A stretch of 64,000 nucleotides of DNA from Octopus vulgaris (GCA_951406725.2 OX597820.1:79422001-79486000), one strand, 5' to 3'; counted from the first letter of the stretch, positions 37,899 through 51,746 are shown. The notes: generated by a model from the letters alone, not told the origin. Translations and numbers: made by a program.

Positions 37899-38745
37899 CC
37901 CTTTAGCAATCATATTACTCGGTCAAATGTAATGCTTCTTTATTGTGCTGAATCCAAAGTTTTGCTATATGTTGGTAACTCATTTTACTTTTATTGGTCA
38001 AGTTACAACAAAAACAGCCTAGCATTCAAATCAGAGGCCATCGTGTTGTGCCGTCTGAATCCAACTTTCTGCCAGTTCTTTGAGCGTACACTGATACCAG
38101 CTCTTGTCACTTCCTGTGCTCATGACATGTCATCAACCAAGAAGAGGTGGAAGCTTTTGTGAAGAGGCTCTTTGCCTTGAAAGATAAGAACTGGTATCAG
38201 CGTAGGATCAAAGACCCGGCATAAAGGTGGCTTCAGATAATACAAAACGACGACCTTTATTTTGAATACTAGGCTGCTTTTTGTTGTTGTAACAATAAAG
38301 CAAATAAGTTACAAAAATATTGCAAAACTTTTCATTCAACACAATATTTACATTGTTTTGAATTAATTATGAATTTACCTTGTAGCGTCAAGATTTTGAT
38401 GATGTGATTGTTTATTTTTAGAATGACATACCCAAACGGGATTGATGCCAGGCTCGCCTGACTGGCTCCCATACTGGTGGCATGTAAAAAGCACCCATTA
38501 CACTCTCGGAGTGGTTGGCATTAGGAAGGCATTTAGCTGTAGAAACCTTGCCAGATCAGATTGGAGTCTGGTGCAGCCACTGGCTTTCCAGACCTCAGTC
38601 AAACCATCCAACCCATGCCAGTATGGAAACGGATGTTAAACAATGATGATTGCTGGGTAGGTGTGAGAGGCAAGATATGGCCAGTTTTGAACATAAAGCA
38701 TGTAGAATATTTGAGCCGTATATGACTGATTTAAATGTTAAAAGG
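37899..38745. mobile_element. piggyBac MITE carrying two nested insertions
   Basis: Left end TTAT|CCCTTTAGCAATCATATTACTCGGTCAAATGTAATGC, right end TTTAAATGTTAAAAGG|TTAA. The pieces are collinear with 8315-8516 once 37941-38346 and ~38431-38650 are removed. Confidence 0.75.
37941..38346. mobile_element. mariner-derived fold-back element made of two inverted 3' ends
   Basis: TIRs TATTGTGCTGAAT / ATTCAACACAATA. The + arm encodes NQEEVEAFVKRLFALKDKNWYQRRIKDPA*RWLQIIQNDDLYFEY* (mariner C-terminus); the - arm is a diverged copy of the same segment. Confidence 0.8.
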
Positions 38746-39163
38746 TTAAAATTTTCATTTAAATACTTCCCCAACCAAATATCTACCCTACTGATTATAC
38801 TTTCTGTTACTATCTAAAGCTATTTCTTCAATTAACATGGGTCACCCATTCACATTACGTGCCCATGCTAGCACTCCCCTTGAACATATATTATATATCC
38901 AAGTATCCCCATACGTAAATGTTGCTCAAGTATTTAATGAGGTTTCTTTATTTAAATGATACTTTTCCTTCTACTAGCCATTCAAATTCTGAAGTAATAA
39001 ACACTTTGTTAGAGCAAGATAATCCGAGACGAGTAAAATTAAATAATGTAGCTTATGGCAAGGAGTGCAGTGAATCCTACACCTTAATTATTTTGCTTCA
39101 GTAAGAGATGTCTCTTTTGTGTTCAAATTTGGGTAAACTGACAATTATTTTCCTGTTCAAATG

Positions 39164-39215
<52 letters not shown>

Positions 39216-39249
39216 TATATATGTATATATATGTGTATATATATATATA

Positions 39250-39930
39250 ATTTAAAAATAGGATAAAATCTTCATAAGAAATTATCAAATAGTTAGCGTG
39301 AAAAACCTCATAAGAGAAAAAATCTGTAAATTTTTTCCACTTGAATATATTTATTTATATTATATAGAAGGCATTATTACACATAAATGCCGCATGCTAG
39401 GAGGGACTCTTAAAGTCAAAACTACCAAAATAAACATATCGTACCGAATGCAAGTCTCGAAGTAAGTCATTTAAAAACAGAATTTAGCTGCAGATCACCA
39501 GTGATTTCGTAATCAGCACAGTGGTTGCGCTCTTTACTCATCGGTGCAAGCATGATTCAAGATTTATAATGAATGAACAAAATCAACATACCAGACGAAC
39601 AACCATCGTATCCACCGTAGCATATAGAACTGTTCACCCCTTATACATCTATGTAAATGACGGGCTTTTTCGAATTGCATTTCAGTAACGATAGATATAA
39701 TTATAAATAAGGGCAAAAAGAAGAAATTTTCTTTGCCAATATGCTGAAAAATAAATGCTAAATCATCTAACCACAATATATTTTCATTTATATTACAACA
39801 CGTGTCGAAACAAGGAAAGCAAGCTAACAGAAATTCATAAAAATATAGTTATCCCTGAATTGGTTCTGATTTCTGGATTAACCCAAAAAGGATTCTTCCT
39901 TCGTCAGTGAGGAACACAAATGAAAAAAAA
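39250..39930 (-). mobile_element. AT-rich dispersed repeat next to (TA)n, possibly Penelope-like
   Basis: 39697-39786 matches 36078-36167. A degenerate CTGACGA...GAAA motif lies on the minus strand at ~39855-39910. Confidence 0.4.
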
Positions 39931-39948
39931 ATGAAATACTTAGACATA

Positions 39949-40318
39949 GGCACAGGAGTGGCTGTGTGGCAAGAAGCTTGCTTACCAACCACATGGTTCC
40001 GGGTTCAGTCCCACTGTGTGACACCTTGGGCAAGTGTCTTCTACTGTAGCCTCAGGCCGACCAAAGCCTTGTGAGTAGATTTAGTGGACGGAAACTGAAA
40101 GAAGCCCGTTGTATATATATATATATATGTATGTATGTGTGTGTATATGTTTGTGTCTGTGTTTATGTCCCCGTAACTTAGTTGTTCGGCAGAAGAGACA
40201 GATAGAATAAGCACTAGGCTTACAAAGAATAAGTCCTGGGGTCGATTAGCTTGACTAAAGGCAGTGCTCCAGCATGGCCACAGTCAAATGACTGAAACAA
40301 GTAAAAGAATAAAGAATA
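39949..40318 (+). mobile_element. Full-length SINE family A
   Basis: A-box TGGCTGTGTGG, B-box GGTTCAGTCCC, tail AAAAGAATAAAGAATA. Confidence 0.85.
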
Positions 40319-40550
40319 CCCATGGAAAAGCAGATGCAAAGTCATGAATTCTGCAAACAAACTGTTGTTGTTACAGTAGAAATTACTAATTTTTTAATAA
40401 ATAAAATTAGAAACATTAAAAAATATTAGTAATTGTGGTTTTGAGTTCAGTCCCATTGCATGGCATCTTGGGCAAGTGTCTTCTACTACAGTTCTGGGCT
40501 GACCAGTGCTTTGTGAGTGAATTTGGTAGATGGAAAATGTGTGGAATCCC

Positions 40551-40583
<33 letters not shown>

Positions 40584-41157
40584 TCACTGCTTGACAATGG
40601 GTGTTGGTTTGTTTACATCCTCTAAATTAGTTGTCTGGCAAAAGAGGCTGACAGAATAAATACCAACTTAAAAATAAGAACTGGAGTGGATTTGTTTATG
40701 AAAACCATTGGTTCTCAACCTTTTTAATATCTGTGCCAGATCCAAAACCTGGGATTTTTTTCAGGGGTTAGCATCAACGGAAGGTAAAATACAAGTCAAT
40801 TATAGGAAAATTTATTATATTTATGGAGGGAAGGCTTTCGAGGGCTGTGAGGAGGATGCTTGAACTGCTGACCTAAACCCTTAAATTCAGTGCCCTACCA
40901 TGGCTGCAGTCCAATGACTGAGACAAATAGGCCATCATTTATAGTTTATGGTTAGTAATGCTTATATCTTGATGACAGAAAGGAGAGAAATAATTTTTGA
41001 AAAAAGGCACATTTCTGTGTTTCAAATCCTGCCATGATTTCCAAAGTGAATTAAATACCAGTGAAATATGGACTTATTTAATCAGCTGTAATTTTTCTCA
41101 AAAAAAAAAGAAGAAAAAAAAAGGAAAATGTTGGCCTCATTCCAATGTTATACACCA

Positions 41158-41318
41158 TCTCTCTCTATATAAACGGCAGTTTGTCTGTGCGTGTTTCTGT
41201 GTGTCTGTTTGCTTGTACCCTCACCCATTTTTTTTGCTATTTTTTGGCTATAACTCTCTAAAAATGCTTTATAGTTATTTCCCTTACAAACCTGAGCAAC
41301 GCCGGGCGATACTGCTAG
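41158..41318 (+). mobile_element. Short non-autonomous Helitron (same family as 15835-16348)
   Basis: A|TCTCTCTCTATATAAACGGCAGTTTGTCTG start; CCTGAGCAACGCCGGGCGATACTGCTAG|T end. Confidence 0.8.
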
Positions 41319-42142
41319 TAATTGCTAAAATATTATTTGTCCCTTTAGTTTGAATGTAATTATTACTTCTTTTTTTTTTCTCCTTTAATAATATCCATGT
41401 AGATGAATAGTATTTTGTTTTCTTTACACTCAATGGATTTTTGTCTGTATATCACCATTATAAAACAGCTGCATTTTATTGGTCATGTGAACACCATTGT
41501 ATTCTAATCTTTATAGGCTAAAATACACTGGTCATGATATTTCAGAAAGTCAATAATTGCTAATAACCTGTAGGGGAGTTGTTACGGAACTATTCATCTG
41601 TGACTGATAAACTGGTAATTTGGTTTTTATCATTGAAAAAGAAATGTTGCTAAGATAGTTATTTGATGAACTTTTCAACAGACAGGTATATTGTGAAAGA
41701 ACTATTGCAGAAAATATTGTTAGTTGCATTCATAGTGAATTGATAGCTTTTGGGAACTTTTAAATTATATTTAACTCAGTGTAAATGAAAATGTTATTTA
41801 TTTTATTTTATTTTATTTCATTTCTAAATACAATATCAAGCAAATGTTAGTTTCATTGAACTGGAAAAGAAGAAAAAAAAATTACAGTTTTTATGGTTGT
41901 ACACAGTATCTGAAGTGAATTGCATTCTTGTTGCTTGGAATCTCGTATAGCTTTAGCAATTTTGAGTGATTATTTCTCATGAGCTCTTTCAGTATGTACA
42001 TCACACAGATTTTATTGTTGGAAATAAACTTGGATTATGTATAGCTTCTTCCAAACTGTTCTATTTACTCATAAATTTTGTTTTGACACATTGAAATTAT
42101 AATCAGCATTTTGCTCGTCATAGTTTTCAAATATTTCTTCTA

Positions 42143-42191
<49 letters not shown>
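42143..42191. repeat. (TAT)n microsatellite
   Basis: Read directly from the sequence. Confidence 0.95.
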
Positions 42192-42584
42192 TAAACAAGC
42201 AGTGATTTGGTTTCTCTTTTTTCTTTCCTTGTTAGAATAACTTTCCCTCATAAACTTTGGAAATTAACAATATTTTCTTTATATCATCCATCTTTGAATA
42301 ATACTTTCTTGTGTAAACACAGTTCCTGCTTCTGTATAACGAGGATAAAAAGTTTAATTAGAAGCCAGCTGCAGATACTTAGGTTTCAATGTGTAGTATA
42401 TTAACATAATTGTGTATGGTTTAGTCTTATATAAATTTAAAGCCAATTGTCTTTAGCAAAATATATTCCTGATTATTTTATATTGTGGCAGCATAGAGAA
42501 GGAACAATATGAACAGGTAACGGGATTTATGTGTTCATGCTTATTTTAATCTAACACCTTTAATTTTAATTAATGACTGAAATC

Positions 42585-43185
42585 AAAATCGCAGACGTGG
42601 CCAATGACAGTACTCCCTGATTGGCACTCATGCCAGTGGAACATTAAAAGCACATCTGAACATAGGGGTGTAACTGGCCCACTTATGAGTACCATTCATT
42701 CATTGGGCAATGAACTTTGCTTGGGAAGACCTATTGAGGCAATTGAAAACAAATCAAAATCGTTGACGTGACCGATGACAGTACCGCCCAATTGGCACTT
42801 GTGCCAGTGGAACATTAAAACCACATCCAAGTGTGATTGTTGTCAGGACCACAGATTGGCTCCCATGCTAGTGGCATGTAAAAAGCACCATTCGAGCATG
42901 ATCGTTACCAGTGCCGCCGGACTGGCTCCCATGCAGGTAGCACGTAAAAAACACCTTTTGAGTGTGGTCATTGCCAGAATTGCCTGACCTGCGCTCATGC
43001 CAATGTCACATAAAAACACCCACTACACTCTCGGAGTGGTTGGCATTAGGAAGGGCATTCAGCTGTAGAAATAGAAACTTTGCCAGATCAGATTGAGCCT
43101 GGTGCAGCTTAAGCTCACCAATTTTCAGCCAAACCGTCCAACCCATGCCAGCATGGAAAGCGGACGTTAAACAATGATGATGATG
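42585..43185 (+). mobile_element. Long family B retroposon with repeated 5' modules
   Basis: Repeated TGGC.C..ATGCCAGTGG.ACATTAAAA.CAC units, then GGAGTGGTTGGCATTAGGAAGGGCAT and tail GGACGTTAAACAATGATGATGATG. Confidence 0.75.
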
Positions 43186-43194
43186 ACTGAAAGA

Positions 43195-43545
43195 GTATGG
43201 CTGCAGATACAAACAACAGAAATAGGGTTCTTCTAAAGGGTCCCTGGAGTGATGTTTCTCGACATGGTGTGTAGCTCAGTGATTAAGGTGTTTCTCTAGG
43301 TCAAGCCTCCACTTCTCTGCATTCAGAGGTCACAGCTTTGGTTAAAATGTCGCAGGAAAAGATCATAAGACTAGAGACTTAGGAGAAGACTAAGAAGGAA
43401 ATGGTTGGACAATATCCATAGTCTCAGTTGGTCATGTTTGGGAATCCTGCAAGAAAGTTGCTTTTGATAGGACCGTTTGGAGGAGGTGCCTGAGGATTCT
43501 ACCCCACCCCTAATCCCTGCAGACAGAGAAAGTGTATGGATGGAT
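43195..43545 (+). pseudogene. RTE (Expander/Rex3-like) LINE 3' fragment
   Basis: Homologous to 10024-10390 (CAGTTGGTCATGTTTGGGAATC, GATAGGACC..TGGAGGAGGT.CCTGA); ends in ATGGATGGAT. Confidence 0.7.
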
Positions 43546-45689
43546 CTAGAGTAAAATTCTTCCAAACTACATCAAACAATGTGAACAAATAGATTCCCAA
43601 ATACAAAATAGACTTTGAATATTAGAATTGGTTTGAAATTTTGGCACAAGGCCAGCAATTTCAGGGGAGGGGTAAACTAATTACCTCAACCCCAGGGCCC
43701 AACTGCTACTTATTTTATCAATCCTGAATGAATGAAGGGCAAAGTTGACTTTGGCGGAATTTGAACTCAGAATACAAAGAGGGATAACATATTGCTAAGC
43801 ACTTTGCCCAGCATGCAAAATTATATTATTATTAAGCTTACTAACTGGAATCAAAACATTCCATACTACCAGATTGATAACAGTTACCGGTATTTTTTTT
43901 TTTATCTTAGTAATGGTGTTGGCTAAATGGATAGATCTGCTGATATGAAGCACCAATACAAACGGACAGTTTATTGACCAGATAGAACTGGATGAGATGT
44001 AGACTCTCTGAGCCGCATTGCAGGCAACTCGTGTAGGAGTGGGGGCAGTCACTAAAAATGAAAGCTGATCCAGGATATCAAACTTTCTTTAATCCTACTG
44101 TAAAAACCTTATAAATCCTGCTGGTATGGGTCAGGTAGGGTTTATCGAGGCAGATTTTCTATAGCCAGATGCTTTTACTGTTGCTAACCCTCACCTATTT
44201 CCAAGGAAGCTAATATTTCCCACCCTCTTAGTGAAGATACATGGCTTAGTGGTTAGAGTATTGGGCTTATAATCATAAGGTCATGAGTTCAATTCCAAGC
44301 AGTGCATTGTCTTTGAGCAAGACACTTTATTTCATGTTGCTCCAGTCTACTCATCTGGCAAAATATGGGCAGTACTTGTAATTCATGAGGGTCAGCCTTG
44401 TCACATTGTGCCATGCTGAATCTCACAGGATTCAGCCTGACACTATGTTACAGGTACGCATGTTAATTTGCATGTTAATTTGTTGAGCAAGCTGTTCTGT
44501 TGACTGGATTAACTGGAACCCTCTTTGTAACCAATGGGGTGCCAGTTGATATTACCCCCATAACCAGACATGTTTCTGCAGAACATTGGAAAGGAATGAC
44601 ACTGCTTGTATGACAGTGACACTCATTTACAACTGTCATGTGATGTGAAAACAAGGAGACACACGCACCCATGATGGGCCTCTTTCCATTTTCATCTCTC
44701 AAATTCATTCACAAAGCTCTGATTGGCCCAGAGCCATAAGAGAGGATACTTGCTCAAAGTGCCACACTGTAGGACCAAACCCCAAATCATGTGGTTGCGA
44801 AGAGCAGAATTTCTTAACGACACAGCCACATCTGAATACATCTAAATATGTAATAGAGGAAATAATTATTATCACAAAGCCTTGTGGGATGGATTTGGTT
44901 GATGGAAACTGAAAAAAGCACATCGTGTATGTGTGTGTGTCCTCCACCACCGCTTGACAAAAGAGACCAGTAGAATAAATTCTTGGTTTAAAAAAAAAAA
45001 AAAGTAGTGGGGTTGATTTGCATGGCCACAGTCTGATGATTGAAACAAGCAAAAGATAAAAAATAAAAATAGTACAATGAAAAAATGGGAAGAAAAAATA
45101 ACAATAAAATAATTTGCTTGCTCAGAACAAACGAGCCTCATTATCATTTGTGTGTGAGTCCATGTATTCAATTGCTTGCATATTCAAAAAAAAATTAGAG
45201 CTGGCTGTTTTTGCTAATATTATCTTCATGCTATTTTATGAAGCTGTAAGATTGCCACTTAATATTTCAAAAGAGTTATTTTTCATCTCATTGGAAATTT
45301 ATATGAAGCTGGAAAATGTCTGAATTAAAATTAAACCTGATTTTGGATCTCTGTTTTTTTTAAAAAAAAAGAAAGGGAAAATGGTGTTCTGGAAACAGTT
45401 TCTTATCTAAGTAATAATTTTGGACATAATTTATGACAAATTCAGAATTGAGATAAGTTATTTTTTATTGCTGTGGAGATAAGTTATTTATTATTGCACG
45501 TAAAAAGCACCCACTACACTCTCGGGGTGGTTGGCATTAGGAAGGGCATTCAGCTGTAGAAACATTGCCAGATCGGATTTGAGCCTGGTGCAGCCTTCCG
45601 GCTTACCAGCCCTCAGTCAAACTGTCCAAGCATAGAAAGTAGATGTTAAACAATGACGACGATGATGATGATGTTGATGTTCTTCTTGA

Positions 45690-46650
45690 GTACATACTTA
45701 GTATTTTATATCCAGTATTATGATCTCTGGTGTAAAATATTTTATACAGGATGTTAGTACTTCCAAATAGAGCTGATTTGTGTGCGGTTCCAGCATTAGC
45801 TGTTATATTTAGGTCATTGAGGCATGTGAGCTTGTTACAAATGGAGCCATGAACTCCAAGTTCCTACTGGTACATCTTTAGTTTATGTATTTTATTTTCT
45901 TTCGTAGATTTTCTATCAAAGCTCTGACTAATCAATATTTCTCTGCTTCTTGCTAGATATATTATGGTTGTTTGGAATGGCTACATTTATAATGTAGCAC
46001 TTCTGTTATCTCTTTCTCTACTGCAACAATGTTTGATTGATGGTACTCTATCACTGTATCTATATTTTAAAATCCCACAAGATTTTTTTTGCATGTTCAT
46101 TCATTCTTTAACACTCTGTCAGATATATATATATAAATATATATATATGTTGGTATCATTTCTGGTCTATCTTGAAACCATATTGTTTTGATAAGCACCA
46201 GTACAAATGTAAGCACACTTTATCATGATATTTTTTTACAATCTCACTTTACGACCATTTTACAGACATTTATAATATGGGTTGCAGTCTCCATCTCCTT
46301 GCCAAATATAACCTATATTTGTCCAATTTTGTCTGGCTCTGTATAGGCTTTTTCACAGAATTTATTTGATGGGATTGGTTCTGGGCTGAAAGTATTAGTT
46401 TTCTGTTTCCTTTTCTCAGTCAGTCTCATGACTTTTTCTTTCTTTCTTTTACCCTTTCTCTTTGTGTCTCTTCCAAATTAGTCATGTAGGAATATAGGAA
46501 TATATTGCATATTTGCTTTGCTTATCTGCCTTGGTTTTCTCCTTGTATACATTCTTGTTCTTTGAATTTTCTTTAACCAGGTCACAATTTTCTGCGATAT
46601 TCTGCAAGGATTGTTCATTGGCAATCATTCTTCATTGCCGATTGGTCTAT
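45690..46650 (-). pseudogene. Degenerate R4/Dong-type (RLE) LINE 3' region
   Basis: The minus strand gives GKEMETATHIINVCK..., then after a frameshift YHDKVCLHLYWCLSKQYG, and KILWDF. These are CCHC, RHD and LWD motifs of RLE non-LTR elements. Upstream boundary uncertain. Confidence 0.7.
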
Positions 46651-47873
46651 ATTCTTCTGTTGTATGTACAAGTGGACCTGTTGTACACACACTTGTTGTT
46701 GCAATACATTGTACTTTATCAACTTCTGAATATTTTTATTGAGGTTTTCAGTTTCTTTCATAGTTCATTATCAGCCAATGGATTGATAAAGTTGACAGCA
46801 AAATTGATGAGAAATTTGAACAATGAAACCAAGAATAATCATTCATACATGGAGATTGCTCCATGTTCACAGATGATTGCTGTCTCTTTGTGCTTCCTTG
46901 TTGTCAATGGCATTTATGACTTTCCATCCTCTCAGATGACTAATCAGTCCTGCAGATTTGTAACTGTGCTTCCGAATGGTTTGTTCTGCACACATTATCA
47001 TTCTTCCATTGCCATAATTCTTTCAGTAGATGGAATGACTAATGATGTCACCATAAAGAGACATGTGTACATCGTTGTATTACAAAGACAGATGGTTGCA
47101 GAACAGGAGTACCCTTCTCTGGGTCTCCATGATGAGTACCTTGTGACAAGTCAAAGTGAAATGACCACATAAACACACACGCACACGCACTCATCCATGC
47201 ATGCAAGCATAATTCTGTGATTGGTTAGGTGCAGCAGTAGCCATTTAGTTGCAAGGTCTGCTCTGCAAAGACATACTTCTAGGATCTATTCTGCTGTGCA
47301 GTATCTTGAGATTGTCTTTCTTCCTGTAGCCTCATGTTGGGAGTGAAATGTCATAGGAGTGAAATCAGGTTGACACAAACTATACTGAAGCTCTTTGGAA
47401 GGACCTCTAAGTATATTTGTGTTGTAATCATCATTATCAAGCATTTGTTTTCCATGCTGGCATGGGTTGGATGGTTTGACAGGAGCTGGTAAGCCAGAGG
47501 TCTGCACTAGGTTCTAGTCATCTGTTTTGATATGGTTTCTATGCTTGAATGCCCTTCCTAACACCTATCACTTTACAGTCTGTACTGGCCACTTTCTATG
47601 TGATGCTGGAACAGGTGCTCTTTTACATGGAGCTGGCATGGTGATTCCAGCTTAATCCGTTACCTAGTTTAACATCACTACCACCTGGCTCTTCAGTTCA
47701 TTTAACAGAGTCCAGTCTGTTTCAAGTATTCAGAGCAGTTCTTCAGTTTGAAAATAAACCATATGTCATACCTTCTTCCTCTTTTTCTTTCACCATTTAT
47801 ATAAAAAAAAAAAAGGCTTATTGGCACTGTTCTTCCTACTCTGATTGCATATGAACACACAAATATAAGCACG

Positions 47874-47912
<39 letters not shown>

Positions 47913-48744
47913 GCATGTTTACATTCATATGTACATGCAAGATTGCATGTATACATCCATACATACACAGATGCATGCCAATTATCGACTTGCCATGCCA
48001 TTTGCTAACACTTTAGTTCTCGTGCAGGCAATGCAGATTGCTAAAACTATCTCTTTCTCCTCTATGTGAATTGATTTATTTGTAAGGTTTTTTTTGAAAC
48101 CCTTTTGATAAATGTATTTGTAAATACACATTTGCATGTTCCCATTCTGGAAGCTACTTATAAAATGCTCAGCCGTTCTTCCTCTTGTAGCTGAAAATAA
48201 CTGACCTACTCCTGCCCCCATTGATCCTTTTACTTTTCTCCTACTTTCATCCTTCATTTCCTCTCTTCACTCCTCTATCTTTTCTTGTATCTTATTTTAT
48301 TTTGTTTCCTATCTACACTCATCTTTTCACTGGAGCCTTATCTTTAATCATCTCTTATCTCTCACTTCTTATTGTCACTCGTTTCTTACCATCACTCGTC
48401 TATCTCTTCACTCAATATTTTCACTATTACTGTCTCCCATTTCCCTTTTCATGTGTAACAAACGTCCATGACATACTGTTCTGTAACACTCTCTTAATCA
48501 CCGCATGAAATAAATTTAAAAAAAAAAACTTTAGGAAACTTGATGCTTCACTGAAATCATGATTTGAGACAAAGATACAAAAAATTGTTGGTCAGAGGAG
48601 ACACAATGAAGTCATGAATGGAGTAATTATTTACACTGAAAATGGATATCATATAAATTACAGGTGGGATAGGATTACCATTACAAAGGTTCATGGTGAA
48701 AAATAGAAAATCTATAGGAAAAAAAAGGAAGAATCAGTGTGCAT

Positions 48745-49118
48745 GAGTGGCTGTGTGGTAAGTAGCTTGCTTACCAACCACATGGTTCCGGGTTCATTCC
48801 CACTTCGTGGTACCTTGGGCAAGTGTCTTCTACTATAGCCTCGGGCCGACCAAAGACTTGTGAGTGGATTTGGTAGATGGAAACTGAAAGAAGCCCGTCG
48901 TATATATGTATGTGTGTCTGTGTTTGTCCCCCCAACATCGCTTGACAACCGATGGTGGTGTGTTTATGTCCCCGTAACTTAGCGGTTTGGCAAAAGATAC
49001 CGATAGAATAAGTACTAGTCTTTCAAAGAATAAGCCCTGGGTTGATTTGCTCGACTAAAGGTGGTGCTCCAGCATGGCCGTAGTCAAATGACTGAAACAA
49101 GTAAAAGAGTAAAGAGTA
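48745..49118 (+). mobile_element. Full-length young SINE family A
   Basis: A/B boxes, CpGs retained (CTCGGGCCGACC, CCCGTCG), tail AAAAGAGTAAAGAGTA. Confidence 0.85.
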
Positions 49119-51501
49119 TTGTGTTGGTCAATAATAATACTAGCACATGGAGGGAGAAATAGCTGTGAAATCTCTTCATAATACACTGGCACCCCACATT
49201 GCTGATTTCTGCAAAATACGCCCAGCGAAGTGGTGTGGTTGCTTCAGTGAGTATCGCTGGTCGTTCTCTGCAGCACCACATCATGGTCATGTCCACAGGT
49301 TGTGGCTGAGCATGCCATTTGTTCTAGAGTCTAAACCCCCCACCACCACCACCACTACTACACACACACTATGTCTTCTGCTGCTTAACCCCTCCCTCCT
49401 TTTTTTCTTTGTTTTCTTGTAATTAAATTGTGATTCAATTTTTATGTAAATAAAACTGATTCTGTTGTAGAGAAAGAAATCACATTTGATAATGTGATCC
49501 AAATACTGTCTGGTTGGGAAAACAAAAAACAAAAGAAGGGTGGCATAGTATTCATGCTTGACGTGACTTAGATCATAGATTGGCTTGATCTGTGTATGAC
49601 ATGACCCCCACCTCCTGGCCACAGCATAAACTAGGATTAGATATCATTGACTTTAGTGCATTTGCCAACCTACAGAACAGTGATGTAGTGAACAGGTGTG
49701 TTGAAACCCTGGGCATTGAATTCCAGACCCCAAGAAATTCAGAGCAGTGGCAGATGATTGGAATAAAAATGCTTGTTGAAGCATGATGTAAATATAATGG
49801 TTTCACATTTTGAGGGGAGGGGAAAGTTGGTTACATCAAGCCCAGTAATAGACTAGGACTAATTTTATTGATAATGAAAGGTAAGGTTGACTGCAGCAGA
49901 ATTTGAACTCAAAATGTGAAGACAGACAGACGAAATGCTGTTAACCACTTTGCCTGGTGTGTTAACAGTTCTACCAACTTACCACAGTCATGATGTAAAT
50001 AATGATAATAACAATAAACATAGAAAAACAAGGTTAATAGTGTAATAAATCTTTACTATTCTAGTAATGGTTCATTTGTAAAATATAGAAATACGAGAAC
50101 TTAGATTTATTTTTTTAAGAACAAAAAAACAAGCTAAAAAAAAAAAAAGCAGGTGTTAAATTCAGTTTTTTTTGTTTTTAAGATTTTATTTGAAGATATA
50201 GAAAATGCTAGCTAATTTTTTTTTTTTTTGTTATCTGGATGCAATCATTTCCAAATTATCTTGAAATGCTATGTGGGTGTGTATTTTGATAAATCAATAG
50301 AATGCCAGTGTGTTATCTGAAAATTGCTTTGGCTTACTTCTTGTGAGAAGAAGAAGAAAAACATACTGTTTCAAGCAAGAATATGGCTGAGAGAATGCAA
50401 ATCTTTTAGTTCTAAATATTTAAAAAAAATTTCATTTATTTTTTTTAATGTTTTGATAATTTTAGAAGAATTAATTGAAATATCATTCATTGCCAGCTCA
50501 ATAAAATGTATTTCTGGCTTCTTAAATAGGTCTTTCTTTATAAGAATCACGACAATAAGCTAATAAAATGCTCTAATATTCAGTTTTAAAGCTGTTAATA
50601 TTTCCAAAATTTATAACTAGTTTCTTGATAGCTCAAGTAATTTTTTATAAATTGTATTTATCTAATTTGAACAATGGAAGAAAAAGTAATGAAAATCATA
50701 GTTTATGGATAGACAAATTTATAGGAATTATGTAAACTAATTTGGGAATTCAAGAAGATAAAAATACAAAGCAAATCATAGATATTACTTTTATCATTCA
50801 CATCAGTCTGCAACTCCATCTCTGTTCATTTACTCTGAAGAATGCTCAGAGGAATTACTATCTCACAAACCAATCTGGTATGCAGAATATTGGCTTGTCT
50901 AACTATGACATCTGACAGGCACAGATGTAGCTGCATGTGCTAAGAAGCTTTCTTGGCAACCATTTAGTTTCTACACGGCAGCTTGGACACGTGTCTTCTA
51001 CTATTGTCCCAGCTGACCAATGCCTTGTGAGTGAATTTGGTAGATGAAAACTATGTGGAATCCTCTTCTACATATATGTGTGTGTGTGGTAGTGTTTGTC
51101 CATTAATGCTTGATATTGTACCTCTGAAACAGCCGTAGATGATATCCTTTACCTGAATTCACCTGAATCTGTATATATTTATTTTATCCACCTATTTACC
51201 TCTGAATTTTTAAATTTTGAACTCTCATCCGACATTTCGTATAAACATCAAATTCTTAATCGATTCGAATAGTTCCTTTTGGAAGCCCTTATCTAGAATT
51301 TTTATCTCTTTATTTGTCACTCCTCCATTCGCTACCTGGACCCAACGTACATGATGCATAGTTTTCACATATAACTTTTAACTGTAATTTTGTTCACTGA
51401 TTTATAGATTTAGATGTATATTTATTTCGTTGTGTTTTAAATTATGTTTTGGAATTTGTATTGATGGCCTAGATATGTTCCTTTTCTAATTCCCCTTATC
51501 C

Positions 51502-51687
51502 TTATATATATATATATATATACACATATAGTGTATGTACATGTGTATATTTATATAATGTATGTATATGTGTGTGTGTGTGTGTGTATAATGTATGTAT
51601 GTGTGTGTATATATGTATGTATATGTGAATATATAATGTATGTATATGTGTATATATATGTGTGTGTGTATATGTGTATATATATAC

Positions 51688-51746
<59 letters not shown>

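Noticed and set aside
39949-40030. tRNA-like sequences at SINE heads
   Set aside because: They have A/B boxes but no complete cloverleaf and continue into SINE bodies, so they are not tRNA genes.
40707-40870. Possible third hAT MITE inside a SINE
   Set aside because: Only one clear TIR (CATTGGTTCTCAACC); the other end and the TSD are too degenerate to call.
46513-47172. Longest ORF in the window (219 aa, +)
   Set aside because: No recognisable domain and a non-ATG start. It overlaps or adjoins the antisense strand of a decayed RLE LINE and is probably a chance ORF.
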